Source: an uncultured Patescibacteria group bacterium (GTDB taxonomy: Bacteria; Patescibacteriota; Patescibacteriia; Veblenbacterales; UBA10138). From it: a stretch of DNA of 64,000 nt. The stretch is taken from contig CALFUV010000004.1 in NCBI GenBank assembly GCA_937929825.1, positions 1,042 through 65,041 on the forward strand, given 5' to 3'. Position numbers and translations under genes: made by a program. This document shows, one piece after another, positions 8,793-18,615 of this stretch. A model generated the notes under the pieces. That model made no database searches. It worked only from the letters and a program-made list of their open reading frames with translations, and had not been told where the DNA came from. How positions within the stretch are numbered: position 1 is the first letter of the stretch; each line of letters opens with the position of its first letter.

Positions 8793-10073
8793 TTAGCCAA
8801 TTTTTACCGATTTAATTTCAGTTTCAATTTCCATTAACCTATTATATTTAGCTACCCTTTCACCTCTAGAAGTTGGTCCGCTTTTAATGTATTCCGCCCC
8901 TACAGCCACTGCTAAATCAGCAATGAAGGTGTCCATAGTTTCGCCCGAGCGATGCGAAACAATAATTTTATAATCCGCTTTCTTAGCCTGTTCCACGGTA
9001 GAGATCGTTTCTGTTAACGTGCCGACCTGATTGGGTTTAATTAAAATGGCATTAGCTGCCCTAAATTGCAATCCTAATTGCAAACGTTGAAAATTGGTAA
9101 CAAATAAATCGTCACCCACCAAAATTACTTTTTTACCCAAACGTTTATTCATCTCTATCCAGCCCTGCCAATCATCTTGTGCCAAACCGTCCTCTAAAGA
9201 GACTATGGGATATTCTTTAAGCCATTTTTCATATAAATCAATCATTTGTTCTGAAGAATTAGTTTGCCCTTCATATTCATAATGTCCTTGCTGAAAAAAT
9301 TCTGAAGCGGCCACATCTAATGCTAAATTAACCTCCCGACCGGCTTTATAACCAGCTCTACTAATTGCTTCCAGTAAATAATTAATCGCCTGCTCGCTTG
9401 AATCAAGTTGGGGGGCATAACCTCCTTCATTACCAACACTGGTCTCAAGTTTACTGCTTTTCAAAACTCTACCAAGCGCATGAAAAACTTCCGCCCCCAC
9501 TCTAATACTTTCGGCTATATCTGCTGACTGACCTCGCCTGAACTCTGGAACTATCATAAATTCCTGTACTGCTAAATTATTATCAGCATGCACACCCCCA
9601 TTAAGAATATTCATCATTGGGACGGGCATCATATTATCTTTTGCGTTCAATTTAAAAATATTTTTTATATGTTTATACAAAGGCAATCCTGAGACAATCG
9701 CGCCGGCTCGAGCTACAGCCAAAGAAACTCCTAAAATGGCATTTGCTCCTAAATTATGCTTATTGCTGGTACCGTCCACCTCGGTCATTATAGTATCCAC
9801 TCTTTGCTGATCAATCACGGATACGCCTCGCAAAACCTGTCTTAACTCTTTATTAACATGACCAATGGCCCGTAAAACACCCTTGCCGTCATAGCGACTT
9901 TTGTCTCCATCTCTTAGTTCAAAAGCTTCATGAATACCGGTGGATGCCCCTGAAGGCACAGAAGCAGTACCAATCAAACCACCTTCAGTTAAAACAGTAA
10001 CTTCAATCGTAGGATCGCCTCGTGAATCTAATATTTCTCTAGCTTGTAAATCACTAATTATATCTTTTTTCAT
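8793..10073 (-). CDS. eno: Enolase
   Basis: SRGDPTIEV at the N-terminus, plus IKPNQVGTLTET and SHRSGET motifs. Confidence 0.95.
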   Translation of the reverse strand: MKKDIISDLQAREILDSRGDPTIEVTVLTEGGLIGTASVPSGASTGIHEAFELRDGDKSRYDGKGVLRAIGHVNKELRQVLRGVSVIDQQRVDTIMTEVDGTSNKHNLGANAILGVSLAVARAGAIVSGLPLYKHIKNIFKLNAKDNMMPVPMMNILNGGVHADNNLAVQEFMIVPEFRRGQSADIAESIRVGAEVFHALGRVLKSSKLETSVGNEGGYAPQLDSSEQAINYLLEAISRAGYKAGREVNLALDVAASEFFQQGHYEYEGQTNSSEQMIDLYEKWLKEYPIVSLEDGLAQDDWQGWIEMNKRLGKKVILVGDDLFVTNFQRLQLGLQFRAANAILIKPNQVGTLTETISTVEQAKKADYKIIVSHRSGETMDTFIADLAVAVGAEYIKSGPTSRGERVAKYNRLMEIETEIKSVKIG

Positions 10074-10082
10074 ATAAAATAA

Positions 10083-11261
10083 TTATTTTTTCTGATAATA
10101 ACCCAAAGCGGCTAAGCCGGGTAATTTTTCACCAGCCAAAAAAGCTAACATCGCGCTGCCGCCGGTTGAAAAATAATCAGCGCTTAAACTATGTTGATAG
10201 AAAAAACTGGTTGTATCACCACCGCCTACTACTACATAAACACGACGGCGAGCTAAGGCTGAAACCAAACGTCCAATAGCCAGTGTAGCATGCCGCCAAT
10301 TAGGTTCCTCTACCAATCCCAAGGGACCGCTCCAAAAAATTGTTCCAGCTTTTTTCAAATAATTAGAAAAAATAATGCAACTTTCAATGCCAATATCAAC
10401 TATTTTATCATTAAAAGAAATTGCATTAACTTTTTTTAACCAAGCTTCAGCTTGCTTAGTTTTTGGTTGATCAACCAAAACATCGACCGGTAAAATTATT
10501 TTTTTACCAGCGCGTCTCAATAGACTTTTGGCAATTTTCACTTCAGCTTGACTGTATAAAGACCGGCCTATTTTATAACCCTTAGCTTTTAAAAAATTAT
10601 TAGCCACACCGCCACCCACTAAAACCGCTTTTAAACGGGGTAAAAGCTTGGCAATTACTGGTAATTTATCACTAATTTTAGCACCACCAATTATGGCTAG
10701 TACTGGTTTTCGACCACTACGTCTAACTTTTTCTAAAGCCTCCACTTCATGAACCAAACCCAAACCGGCAAAAGAAGATAATTTAGAAGGTAAGGCTACT
10801 ATTGAAGCTGCCTGACGATGAGAGCAAGAAAAAGCTTCATTAACGTAAATTTGCCCCAAACCAGCTAAACGTTTAGCTAAATCAGAACTATTTATATCCT
10901 CACCCTTATCAAAACGAATATTTTCCAAAAGTACTAAGCCTTGGGCAGTCGCTTGTTTAATGACCTCAGCTGAAGAAGATAACGGCATAACCCTCACAGG
11001 CTGACGCAGTAATTTTCCTAAAGCATAGCCAATTGGTTTAAGGGATAATTTTGATTTAAACTTGCCTTTTGGTCTACCTAAATGACCTAGTAAAATAATT
11101 TTTGCTCCTCTTTTTTCTAAAAACCGAATAGTCGACACCGCCTCCTTAAGACGTGAATCATCTAAGACCTTTTTACCTAATAAAGGAACATTGGTATCAA
11201 TCCTGACTAAGGCTGTTTTGCCGTGTAAATTTTTAGCTGTGGCAATTGATTTAAAAATCAT
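10083..11261 (-). CDS. pgk: Phosphoglycerate kinase
   Basis: RIDTNVP N-terminal motif. 392 aa with typical PGK architecture. Confidence 0.9.
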   Translation of the reverse strand: MIFKSIATAKNLHGKTALVRIDTNVPLLGKKVLDDSRLKEAVSTIRFLEKRGAKIILLGHLGRPKGKFKSKLSLKPIGYALGKLLRQPVRVMPLSSSAEVIKQATAQGLVLLENIRFDKGEDINSSDLAKRLAGLGQIYVNEAFSCSHRQAASIVALPSKLSSFAGLGLVHEVEALEKVRRSGRKPVLAIIGGAKISDKLPVIAKLLPRLKAVLVGGGVANNFLKAKGYKIGRSLYSQAEVKIAKSLLRRAGKKIILPVDVLVDQPKTKQAEAWLKKVNAISFNDKIVDIGIESCIIFSNYLKKAGTIFWSGPLGLVEEPNWRHATLAIGRLVSALARRRVYVVVGGGDTTSFFYQHSLSADYFSTGGSAMLAFLAGEKLPGLAALGYYQKK

Positions 11262-11341
11262 ACCTTATAATTATAAGCCAAGATAGGTTAAAATACGAGT
11301 TTTTAAAAAACTCCAGTTTGAAACAAACAAAATTAAATAAT

Positions 11342-12382
11342 TTAAACTAAGCTGGCAGCTATTTCTACCAAACGGTTAGCATAACCCCATTCGTTGTCGT
11401 ACCAAGCAATAACTTTTACCATATTACCACCCACCACTTGAGTCAAGGAAAGATCAGCAATAGCCGAAGCAGAATTACCTATAATATCGGAGGAAACTAT
11501 AGGTTCACTGGTAACTTGCAAAATACCGCGGTACCGGGAACTTTTAGCTGCTGTGCGTAAGGCGTTATTAACTTGAGCTTTAGTTACTTTTTTGCGTTTC
11601 AAAACAAATGTAAAATCTGACAATGAACCACAAGGTGTCGGTACACGAATAGATAATCCATCAAACAATCCTTTTAACTGTGGGATAGTTTCAGTAGTAG
11701 CTATGGCAGCGCCGGTTGTTGTAGGCACAATATTCTGAGAAGCAGCTCGGGCGCGACGTAAATCTTTATGCGGTCCGTCAACTAAATTTTGATCTGCTGT
11801 ATAACTATGAATAGTAGTCATCATAGCTTTCTCTACACCAAAAGCTGATACCATTACTTGAGCAATAGGCGAAATACAATTAGTTGTACAAGAAGCATTG
11901 GAAAATATGCTATCATTAATTTTTTGTTTATCTCCAGCATTAACTCCTAAAACATAAGTTGGCACTCCTCCACCCTTAGCCGGCGCAGACAATATAACCC
12001 GCCGCGCACCGGCTTTAAGGTGCCAAATCGCGTCATTTTTTTTAGTAAACCTGCCAGTGCACTCCAATACTACTTCTACACCCATTTTTTTCCAAGGCAA
12101 ACGTGCTGGTTCTTTTTCAGCCAACACCGGATACTTTTTCCCTTCTACAATTAAATTTTTGCTGTCAGCTGATACTTTTTTATCGTATAAACCATACACA
12201 GTATCATAGCGCAGTAAATGCGCCAATACCCGCGGCGCTACTAAATCATTAATAGCTATGACTCTTAAATTTGGTTTAGTAAGAGCAATTTTAAAAGCCG
12301 CTCGGCCAATGCGTCCAAAGCCATTAATAGCTATATTAATTTGCTTATTTGTTTTGGGGTTTGTTGAGATATTTGGGAGCAT
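11342..12382 (-). CDS. gap: Glyceraldehyde-3-phosphate dehydrogenase
   Basis: INGFGRIGR Rossmann motif, the ASCTTNC active site and WYDNEWGY. Confidence 0.9.
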   Translation of the reverse strand: MLPNISTNPKTNKQINIAINGFGRIGRAAFKIALTKPNLRVIAINDLVAPRVLAHLLRYDTVYGLYDKKVSADSKNLIVEGKKYPVLAEKEPARLPWKKMGVEVVLECTGRFTKKNDAIWHLKAGARRVILSAPAKGGGVPTYVLGVNAGDKQKINDSIFSNASCTTNCISPIAQVMVSAFGVEKAMMTTIHSYTADQNLVDGPHKDLRRARAASQNIVPTTTGAAIATTETIPQLKGLFDGLSIRVPTPCGSLSDFTFVLKRKKVTKAQVNNALRTAAKSSRYRGILQVTSEPIVSSDIIGNSASAIADLSLTQVVGGNMVKVIAWYDNEWGYANRLVEIAASLV

Positions 12383-12516
12383 AAAAATTTAAGCTAATTA
12401 GTACGTATTAAGTATAACTCATCTTTGCTAATAAAAAAATAAGCTCTCTAGATATAAAGATAGCCTTATTTACTTCTTCTGAAGACATTAAGAATTTTTT
12501 AAACATTTTTATCAAG

Positions 12517-12553
12517 CTGTAAAAAGAAAGGTCTTTGCTTAACGCAAAGACCT
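12517..12553 (-). terminator. Rho-independent terminator (minus-strand orientation)
   Basis: Perfect stem GGTCTTTGC / GCAAAGACC with a 5-nt loop. On the minus strand it is followed by CTTTCTTTTT. Confidence 0.5.
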
Positions 12554-13094
12554 AATTCCGTAAATTAAAACTTTTTAAAAACAGACTACTAATTTTGCTA
12601 ACCGCAAAATGGTTTTTAGATGGTACTTTTATGTGTACCTTGCCATTTGTTCGCTACACGGTTGCGTGTTTTTTCTTTTTTAACCAATGTTGGCTTATTT
12701 CCCAAAAATCCTGGGAGCCTTAGCGGCCATACCGCAAGGAAAGAAAAAATGAGTCTGTTAAGTTTTATTTACTTATTTTGCGAACTTTGCTGATTGATTT
12801 TTCTCCTGTTGAAGAATATAGTATTTTTTGTACCGAAGGTACAGCCTTTAACAAGGAGTGGCACGAAAATCGTGCAATCAGCTTTTATTATATCCACACA
12901 TCGTAAACTGATTTTTTCTCCAAACTTGGAGTAACTCACCGTTTCTCCGGAAGTCCGGCGTAATCAATTCCGCTGTGGAATATTACCAACCTAGCTAAGC
13001 TAAGTAACGGTAATGATAATAATATAGTGAATTATTATTTAGGTCAATAATTATATCTTGGGATAAATTGTGGAAAGATAAAAATTATATCTTG
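12554..13094 (-). ncRNA. Candidate structured non-coding RNA of unknown family. It occupies the slot where frr normally follows pyrH
   Basis: About 540 bp with no ORF of 60 aa or more in any frame. It is locally GC-enriched. It contains many short GC-rich hairpins: GUACC-UUCG-GGUAC, GCACGA-UUU-UCGUGC, CCGGA-CU-UCCGG, CUCCAA-GU-UUGGAG and CCUUGCGG...CCGCUAAGG. It is bounded by a hairpin just after pyrH (about 13096-13114) and by the terminator at 12517-12553. The strand assignment rests on the orientation of that terminator. Confidence 0.25.
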
Positions 13095-13130
13095 GCTTAT
13101 TTAAGCCAAAATTAATAAATATTCACAATT

Positions 13131-13844
13131 TTAATAAGGTTTAATAAATGTACCAATTGATTTACCAAAAATCACCCTTACTAAAGCATTTTTTTGCCAG
13201 CGACAAACTACCACCGGTATTTTATATTTTAAACAAAAAGCAAAAGCCGATTTATCCATTATACCTAATTTTTCCCGAATAGCTTGCGATAAGGAAATAT
13301 CCTGATACTTTACGGCATTGGAACTACGCTTAGGATCTTTTGAATAAACCCCATCAGCTGGTCCACACTTAATTATTACTTGAGCATGTATATCACGTGC
13401 CCGCAGCACCGCCGCTGTATCGGTAGTAAAAAAGGGCTTACCTGTTCCACCGGCAAAAATAACAATTTCTCCTCGTCGTAAACTGCCGCGGGCAGCGACT
13501 GTATCTAGCACTTGAACACCTGGCAAATCATAAGCTATTGGTGATTGTAAAACTGCTGATAGTTTCTTTTTTTGTAAAGCCTCCCGCAATGCTAAACCAT
13601 TCATAACCGTGGCCAACAAACCTATATAATCAGCCGTGATATCACCTAATCCTTGACCATGCGTACGCCTTCGCCAAATATTACCGCCACCCACCACTAC
13701 CGCTGTTTCTATTTTTAGCTTTCTTAATTTCCTTAACTCCTCAATTATCATACTTAAATATCTCTTCTGAATACCACCTGATTTGCTACTAAAAGCTTCG
13801 CCTGAAAGCTTAATTAACACACGTTGATATTTAAATGTTGACAT
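13131..13844 (-). CDS. pyrH: UMP kinase
   Basis: KYQRVLIKLSGEAF N-terminus. Amino-acid-kinase-fold motifs. Confidence 0.9.
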   Translation of the reverse strand: MSTFKYQRVLIKLSGEAFSSKSGGIQKRYLSMIIEELRKLRKLKIETAVVVGGGNIWRRRTHGQGLGDITADYIGLLATVMNGLALREALQKKKLSAVLQSPIAYDLPGVQVLDTVAARGSLRRGEIVIFAGGTGKPFFTTDTAAVLRARDIHAQVIIKCGPADGVYSKDPKRSSNAVKYQDISLSQAIREKLGIMDKSAFAFCLKYKIPVVVCRWQKNALVRVIFGKSIGTFIKPY

Positions 13845-13937
13845 AACTTAATTAATTTTATCATGACATTAAAAATAAACCAACAAAAAACAGCTTTGTA
13901 GTATAAGACGGCTTATTTTAATATCAAATCTTATTCC

Positions 13938-14528
13938 TTATCCTCCAAGAACGAATCTGGCAAATCTTTTTACTTTAATATTTTCACCTATAGTAGCCAC
14001 GGCTTCAGCAATAACATCACCAACTGTCTGTTTATCATTTTTAAAAAATGGTTGTAATAATAAACAAACTTCTTGGTAATATTTATTAAGCTTACCTTCT
14101 ATTATTTTTTCCGCTATATCTCCGCTTTTGCCCTCAGATGCTAATTGTTCGCGATAGACACTTTTTTCACGAGCGATAATTTCTGCCGGAATTTGTGATG
14201 GATCTAAATAAAGAGGGTTCGCGGCGGCAATTTGCATAGCTATATCATGAGCTAGTTCCTTAAACTTATCCGTTCTAGCTACGAAATCAGTTTCACAAGC
14301 CACCTCCACCAATACACCCAAACGACCTCCAGTATGAATATAAGCTTCTACCAAACCTTGTCCAGTAGCTCTCTCTCCTTTGGCGGCTGCCACTTTTACA
14401 CCACGCTGTCGCAGTAAATCAACCGCCTTATCAAAATTACCTCCAGCCTCTTCTAAAGCTTTTTTGGCCGCCATCATACCCGCGCCTGTTTGTTCTCTAA
14501 GTTTTTGCACTTCTTTTAAATCACTCAT
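13938..14528 (-). CDS. tsf: Elongation factor Ts (short form)
   Basis: LREQTGAGMMAAKKALEEAGGNFDKAVDLLRQRG is a UBA-like N-terminal signature. Confidence 0.9.
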   Translation of the reverse strand: MSDLKEVQKLREQTGAGMMAAKKALEEAGGNFDKAVDLLRQRGVKVAAAKGERATGQGLVEAYIHTGGRLGVLVEVACETDFVARTDKFKELAHDIAMQIAAANPLYLDPSQIPAEIIAREKSVYREQLASEGKSGDIAEKIIEGKLNKYYQEVCLLLQPFFKNDKQTVGDVIAEAVATIGENIKVKRFARFVLGG

Positions 14529-14545
14529 ATTGTAAAAAATAATAA

Positions 14546-15259
14546 TTATTTACTTTGTCTTTCATGATTGCTTGATTCTTTTTTACCCTCTCTAATAGCT
14601 TGAACCACCAAATCAACCACCAGCTTAATTGAGCGTAGGGCATCGTCATTTCCGGGAATAACATACTGGATCATTTTCGGATTGGTGTCAGTATCTACAA
14701 TACCTATCACCGGCACATTAACTTTGTTAGCCTCACGAATAGCGTTTTTACCCTCCCTAACACCAACTATAAAAACAGCTTCCGGCAACTTAGTAAGTGT
14801 ACGAATGCCGCCAACCGTCAACATTAAACGATCTAAATCCTTTTGCAATTCTAACTGCTCTTTTTTGGTATACTGATTCCAAACACCTCTGTTCTTTTCT
14901 GCTTCCAGTTTATCCAAACGCTGAATAAGTTTACTAATTACACCCCAATTAGTAAAAACACCACCCAACCACCGCTCTACTATATAAGGCATACCAGTAT
15001 CTAAGGCGGCTTGACGTATAACTTCATCAGCTTGTTTTTTTAAACCAGTAAACAAAATCTGCCCGCCAGCTGCAGTCAATTCCTTAATAAAAACCAGAGC
15101 GCGATTAAGCTCCACAACCGTCTTTTCCAAATCAAGTATATGAATGCCCTGTCTTGATGTATAAATATACTGCCTCATGCGCGGGTGCCACTTTGAAGTC
15201 TGATGACCAAAGTGCACACCGGCTTTAAGCATTTCTACTAATGATGGGATTTCTGGCAT
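14546..15259 (-). CDS. rpsB: 30S ribosomal protein S2
   Basis: LKAGVHFGHQTSKWHPRM, the canonical S2 N-terminus. Confidence 0.95.
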   Translation of the reverse strand: MPEIPSLVEMLKAGVHFGHQTSKWHPRMRQYIYTSRQGIHILDLEKTVVELNRALVFIKELTAAGGQILFTGLKKQADEVIRQAALDTGMPYIVERWLGGVFTNWGVISKLIQRLDKLEAEKNRGVWNQYTKKEQLELQKDLDRLMLTVGGIRTLTKLPEAVFIVGVREGKNAIREANKVNVPVIGIVDTDTNPKMIQYVIPGNDDALRSIKLVVDLVVQAIREGKKESSNHERQSK

Positions 15260-15324
15260 AAAAAAATTATCTCCTTTACGCGAATGAGCTATAGCCCTCG
15301 CCTGCTACTGTATTGGTTTTTAGG

Positions 15325-16101
15325 CTAAGGAAGTCTGATATTATCAGACCAAGGTATAAGCCCCAAAACAGTATGATTAATTAGTGAGAACATTATAAAC
15401 GATTCATTCTTTCTTGACAAGGGATAAAAGAAAACCCCCGGCCTGTTGAAATTATTCAGGCAGAGGGGGTGTCTATAAAATGATATTTTTACTAAAATTA
15501 ATCGACCTAATGGCAAATAGCGTGGGGTGCTGGCTATATATTTTTTATAATCATCACCAAAACGACTTAATAAAAATTTTTCCTCAGCTAATATCACTTG
15601 ATGATAAATATAAGCCGATTTTATGAGGATCACAAAAAATAAAACCAAAAAAATTGGTTCGGTTAAAAAAGGCCAAGTATAAGTAATCAACATACCAAAC
15701 CATTCTATAGCTAATCCTACATAAATAGGATTACGGCACAAATAATAAGGTCCGTTTACAACTAACGGCTCGGGACTTTTTGTTTTTTCGGCAAAACCTG
15801 CCCATGAACGCCCAATAGTTATTCTCCCCCAAACTACTAAAATAAAACCCATAAAAAACAAAATAACACCGCTTACCAAGGCAAAATAATTTATGGGGAA
15901 AATAATAAAAACTATTACTGAAAAAATAATTACCAAAAACTTTGCTAACCCGCTAATTTGATACAATATAATACTGGCATCAGGAATAAGGGATTCGTAT
16001 TCTACTCCGTTATCTTCTTCAAGTTGACCCCATAACCAACAGCGATATACCCAGGTTGCCAAAAATAAAACTAAAACAGCTATTTTTAATAAGACTTCCA
16101 T
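15325..16101 (-). CDS. Isoprenylcysteine carboxyl methyltransferase (ICMT/PEMT) family membrane methyltransferase
   Basis: Multi-TM protein with the RNPIYVGL and EEKFLLSRFGDDYKKY signature. The last ~56 codons read through a terminator-like hairpin, so the true C-terminus may be earlier or at a mutated stop. Confidence 0.7.
   Translation of the reverse strand: MEVLLKIAVLVLFLATWVYRCWLWGQLEEDNGVEYESLIPDASIILYQISGLAKFLVIIFSVIVFIIFPINYFALVSGVILFFMGFILVVWGRITIGRSWAGFAEKTKSPEPLVVNGPYYLCRNPIYVGLAIEWFGMLITYTWPFLTEPIFLVLFFVILIKSAYIYHQVILAEEKFLLSRFGDDYKKYIASTPRYLPLGRLILVKISFYRHPLCLNNFNRPGVFFYPLSRKNESFIMFSLINHTVLGLIPWSDNIRLP
15421..15469 (-). terminator. Terminator-like GC hairpin plus U-tract lying inside the 3' end of the ICMT ORF
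   Basis: CCCCCGGCCTG...CAGGCAGAGGGGG stem. On the minus strand it is followed by TTTTCTTTTATCCC. Confidence 0.4.
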
Positions 16102-16232
16102 AACTTACTCCTTTTTTAATGAACTACCTTTTTTAATGAACTATTTATTATTTATTTTATTTTTAATCAATAAATATACCCCATTTAATATCTCTTGTCA
16201 ATATTTTAAGAATATGATAAACTATTTCCATT

Positions 16233-16481
16233 ATGAAAAAAGATATTCACCCTACTTATTATCCTAAAGCCAAAGTCGTTTGTGCTTGTGGCAATAGTTT
16301 TACTATCGGCTCAACTGTTGAACAAATGAGTGTGGAAATATGTTCAACTTGTCATCCATTCTTTACCGGTAAACAAAAACTGATGGATTCAGCCGGACGG
16401 GTAGAACGCTTTCGTAAGCGAGCGGAAAAAAGCCACTCCGCTACTGGACGAAAACTTAAGGCTAAAAAAACTGACAAGTAA
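16233..16481 (+). CDS. rpmE: 50S ribosomal protein L31
   Basis: [10 protein letters not shown]...CxC...[10 protein letters not shown] zinc-ribbon L31 signature. Confidence 0.9.
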   Translation: MKKDIHPTYYPKAKVVCACGNSFTIGSTVEQMSVEICSTCHPFFTGKQKLMDSAGRVERFRKRAEKSHSATGRKLKAKKTDK

Positions 16482-16563
16482 ATTTATTTTTAAACAAACC
16501 CGACTCAAAGTTTGTATATGAATACCGAGCGGGTTTTTGATTATGGTGATAAAATAATCACAT

Positions 16564-17616
16564 ATGAACTTAGGTGATAAATTAAAAATACTGCGAAAAC
16601 AAGCGGCTGAACTGGAAACAAAACTTCAGAATCCAGAAATTTTTTCCAATGCTGAAAAAATAAGGTACTTAAACAAAAGTTATGGAGAAATCCGGGCTGC
16701 TATAGAATTAGCCGAGCAAGCTGAAAAACTTGAACAACAAATAAAAGAGCTTAACCATTCTTTGCGTACAGAAAAAGAAACCGACTTACAAAAATTAATG
16801 TCTGAAGAGTTAATTAATCTGAATAATAATTTAGCTAAAATCCAATATGAGTTGAGTGAATTACTTGAGCCGTCAAACCCCTTGGATAATAAAAACACCA
16901 TCATTGAAATTCGCGCCGGTACTGGTGGCGATGAAGCAGCCTTGTTTGCGGCTGATCTCTATCGCATGTATGCCCGCTTTGCTGAACGTAAGGGCTGGCA
17001 TGTACAAGTGTTATCAGAAAACCGAAACACTTTAGGCGGCTATAAGGAAATTATCTTTGAAATCACCGGCCAAAAAGTTTATTCCAATTTAAAATACGAA
17101 AGCGGTGTTCACCGGGTACAAAGGGTACCAGTAACGGAAAAAAATGGTCGGGTGCATACTTCAACTGCTACGGTAGCAGTTTTACCTGAAGCCGAAGAGG
17201 TAGATATTGAACTTAAACCGGAAGAATTGAAAATTGAAGCTACCACCTCCTCTGGTCATGGTGGCCAAAGTGTAAATACAACTTATTCAGCTATACGTAT
17301 TGTCCACTTACCAACTGGACTGACAGTTATTTGCCAAGATGAACGCTCACAAAAACAAAACAAAGAAAAGGCTTTGGCTGTTCTCCGCTCTAGACTTTAC
17401 GCCCTGCAGCAAGAAAAACTTCGCCAAGAAAGAGACTCCGCACGTCGTGGACAAATAGGCACTGGTGAACGATCGGAAAAAATCCGCACCTACAATTATC
17501 CTCAAGACAGATTAACTGACCATCGCACCAAAGATTCATGGCATAATTTAACAGATATCTTAGATGGCAACTTAGATGACATTATTAATAGGCTTAAACA
17601 AGCAAACATAGCTTAA
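16564..17616 (+). CDS. prfA: Peptide chain release factor 1
   Basis: GGQ motif (SSGHGGQSVNTT). PVT tripeptide, which is RF1-type. RAGTGGDEA. Confidence 0.9.
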   Translation: MNLGDKLKILRKQAAELETKLQNPEIFSNAEKIRYLNKSYGEIRAAIELAEQAEKLEQQIKELNHSLRTEKETDLQKLMSEELINLNNNLAKIQYELSELLEPSNPLDNKNTIIEIRAGTGGDEAALFAADLYRMYARFAERKGWHVQVLSENRNTLGGYKEIIFEITGQKVYSNLKYESGVHRVQRVPVTEKNGRVHTSTATVAVLPEAEEVDIELKPEELKIEATTSSGHGGQSVNTTYSAIRIVHLPTGLTVICQDERSQKQNKEKALAVLRSRLYALQQEKLRQERDSARRGQIGTGERSEKIRTYNYPQDRLTDHRTKDSWHNLTDILDGNLDDIINRLKQANIA

Positions 17617-17627
17617 AGCAACATATT

Positions 17628-18476
17628 ATGACCTATGGTCAGGCTTTAATTTGGGCCATACGACTCTTAAAAAAAACATCTCACTCCCCAGAACTTGATG
17701 CTGAGTTAATTTTGTCTTCTACTGACGAATGTTCACGGGCTACTTTGTTGACTAGAGTAAACAATCAGCTAAATTTTTGGAAATTTATTAAATTTAAAAA
17801 ATATATTTATCAAAGATTATCGGGCTACCCAGTAGCTTATATAACAGGTAAGAAAGAATTTTATGGCAGAGAATTTTTTGTTAATACTCACACTTTAATT
17901 CCCCGACCAGAAACAGAAATTTTAGTAGAGGAAGCCATCCTTCTGATTAACTCTAATAAAGAAATAAAAAAACTAATAGATGTTGGCACAGGCTCCGGTT
18001 GTATTGCTATTAGCCTAGCTTGTAAACTACCGCAGATAAAAATATTGGCTACAGATATTTCTAAATCAGCTCTGCGTATAGCTCATCAAAATGCTATTCG
18101 CTTTGGGGTTGATAATAAAATAGTTTTAAGACATGGTAATTTGCTTGAACCAATAATGGAACAATTGCAACCTAATTCAGTAATTATTGCTAATTTACCA
18201 TACTTGAAAACAGAAGAAATTAATGAAAGCTTAAAATACGAACCGACCCAAGCTTTAGATGGTGGATTTGATGGAATGAAATTTTATAAAGCCCTTCTTT
18301 CACAAATAAAAAAACCACTCCCAAAACTTAAACCATTATTTATTTTACTGGAAGTACATCCACCAACCATATTATTACTTAAATCTCTTATTTCTAAATA
18401 TCTGCCTTCAAATCAAACAGAAATCATAGCTGATTTATCCGGCAAACAGCGGTTACTCAAAATAGGACTAAATTAA
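17628..18476 (+). CDS. prmC: Release factor glutamine N5-methyltransferase PrmC/HemK
   Basis: SAM motif IDVGTGSGCIA and an NLPY variant of NPPY. It sits immediately after prfA. Confidence 0.85.
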   Translation: MTYGQALIWAIRLLKKTSHSPELDAELILSSTDECSRATLLTRVNNQLNFWKFIKFKKYIYQRLSGYPVAYITGKKEFYGREFFVNTHTLIPRPETEILVEEAILLINSNKEIKKLIDVGTGSGCIAISLACKLPQIKILATDISKSALRIAHQNAIRFGVDNKIVLRHGNLLEPIMEQLQPNSVIIANLPYLKTEEINESLKYEPTQALDGGFDGMKFYKALLSQIKKPLPKLKPLFILLEVHPPTILLLKSLISKYLPSNQTEIIADLSGKQRLLKIGLN

Positions 18477-18615
18477 ATAAAAACGACGCTTATAGTGTGC
18501 TAATAATATCATTAATTACAAATACCCACATTTTATCCACCAAGATAACAATGATGATATTTTATTTTTTTGTTAAAATATCTTCGCAAACACAATAATA
18601 AAAAGAGAGGTAAAA

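Noticed and set aside
12940-12965. GGAAGTCCGGCG on the plus strand resembles the RNase P RNA CR-I/P4 5' strand (AGGAAAGUCCGGGC), which raised the question of whether the 12.5-13.1 kb region is rnpB
   Set aside because: There is no matching P4 3' strand (ACAGAANCCGGCUUA) and no CR-II/III elements at the expected distances on either strand. On the plus strand the RNA would have to run into pyrH. The match is a short GC palindrome (CCGGAAGTCCGG) and is probably coincidental.
12554-13094. tmRNA, SRP RNA or a decayed frr pseudogene as explanations for the non-coding block after pyrH
   Set aside because: There is no tRNA-like T-arm or CCA-proximal acceptor pairing and no tag-peptide-like reading frame, so tmRNA does not fit. 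There is no GGAAGCAGC-type SRP domain IV motif. Translating all frames gives nothing resembling RRF, and stop codons are dense. The region is therefore left as an unclassified structured RNA candidate.
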